From a virus, in IMG/VR virus record IMGVR_UViG_3300047554_000447, positions 22,349-86,348 of that record: a stretch of DNA of 64,000 nt; one strand, written 5' to 3'. The translations under genes and the position numbers were made by a program. Under the pieces are notes generated by a model, which was not told the origin of the DNA, did not search any database, and saw nothing but the letters and a program-made list of their open reading frames with translations. Each line of letters starts with the position of its first letter. The stretch's first letter is position 1. Shown one piece after another: positions 63,967 through 64,000 of this stretch.

Positions 63967-64000
63967 AATGCCAGTTACCTTGGAAACAATGTCTAACTTC
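63965..64000 (-). CDS. 3' end of a convergent gene (…EVRHCFQGNWH*)
   Basis: open minus-strand frame ending at TAA next to the bidirectional terminator. Confidence 0.4.
   Translation of the reverse strand, partial: EVRHCFQGNWH

Overview
The window is a 64-kb, AT-rich, densely coding fragment of a large T4-like (jumbo-type) myophage genome in the standard genetic code. A proteobacterial, probably aquatic host is inferred from the DesA-, YccA-, ClpA-, Def- and QueD-like genes and the perfect sigma70 promoters. From left to right it carries: DNA ligase; a late sugar-modification cluster (SGNH, GT-like, UDP-glucose dehydrogenase); queD, a GT, a 2OG oxygenase, UvsE and SOD; a ~27-kb tail/baseplate/fibre block interrupted by a queC-like/methyltransferase-like/desaturase island and containing a subtilisin; a stand-alone DnaE fragment, GroES, MazG-like, TagD-like, clamp loader, dCMP deaminase and PhoH; a lysis/membrane module (spanins, holin); DnaJ, Def and ClpA; and a late cluster of Glu-site-punctuated putative internal head (poly)proteins with a GH19 lysin. 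Two promoter classes are visible (TTGACA-N16/17-TATAAT and late TAAnTA). The most interesting signals are the putative protease-processed internal-protein array, an unrecognised multi-stem pseudoknotted RNA at 61929-62022, RBS-occluding hairpins containing late promoters, a preQ1-like queD leader, and a DnaE gene that ends just before its catalytic aspartates. No tRNA, rRNA, CRISPR array or IS element was seen. All family calls come from motif recognition by eye, not from database searches.
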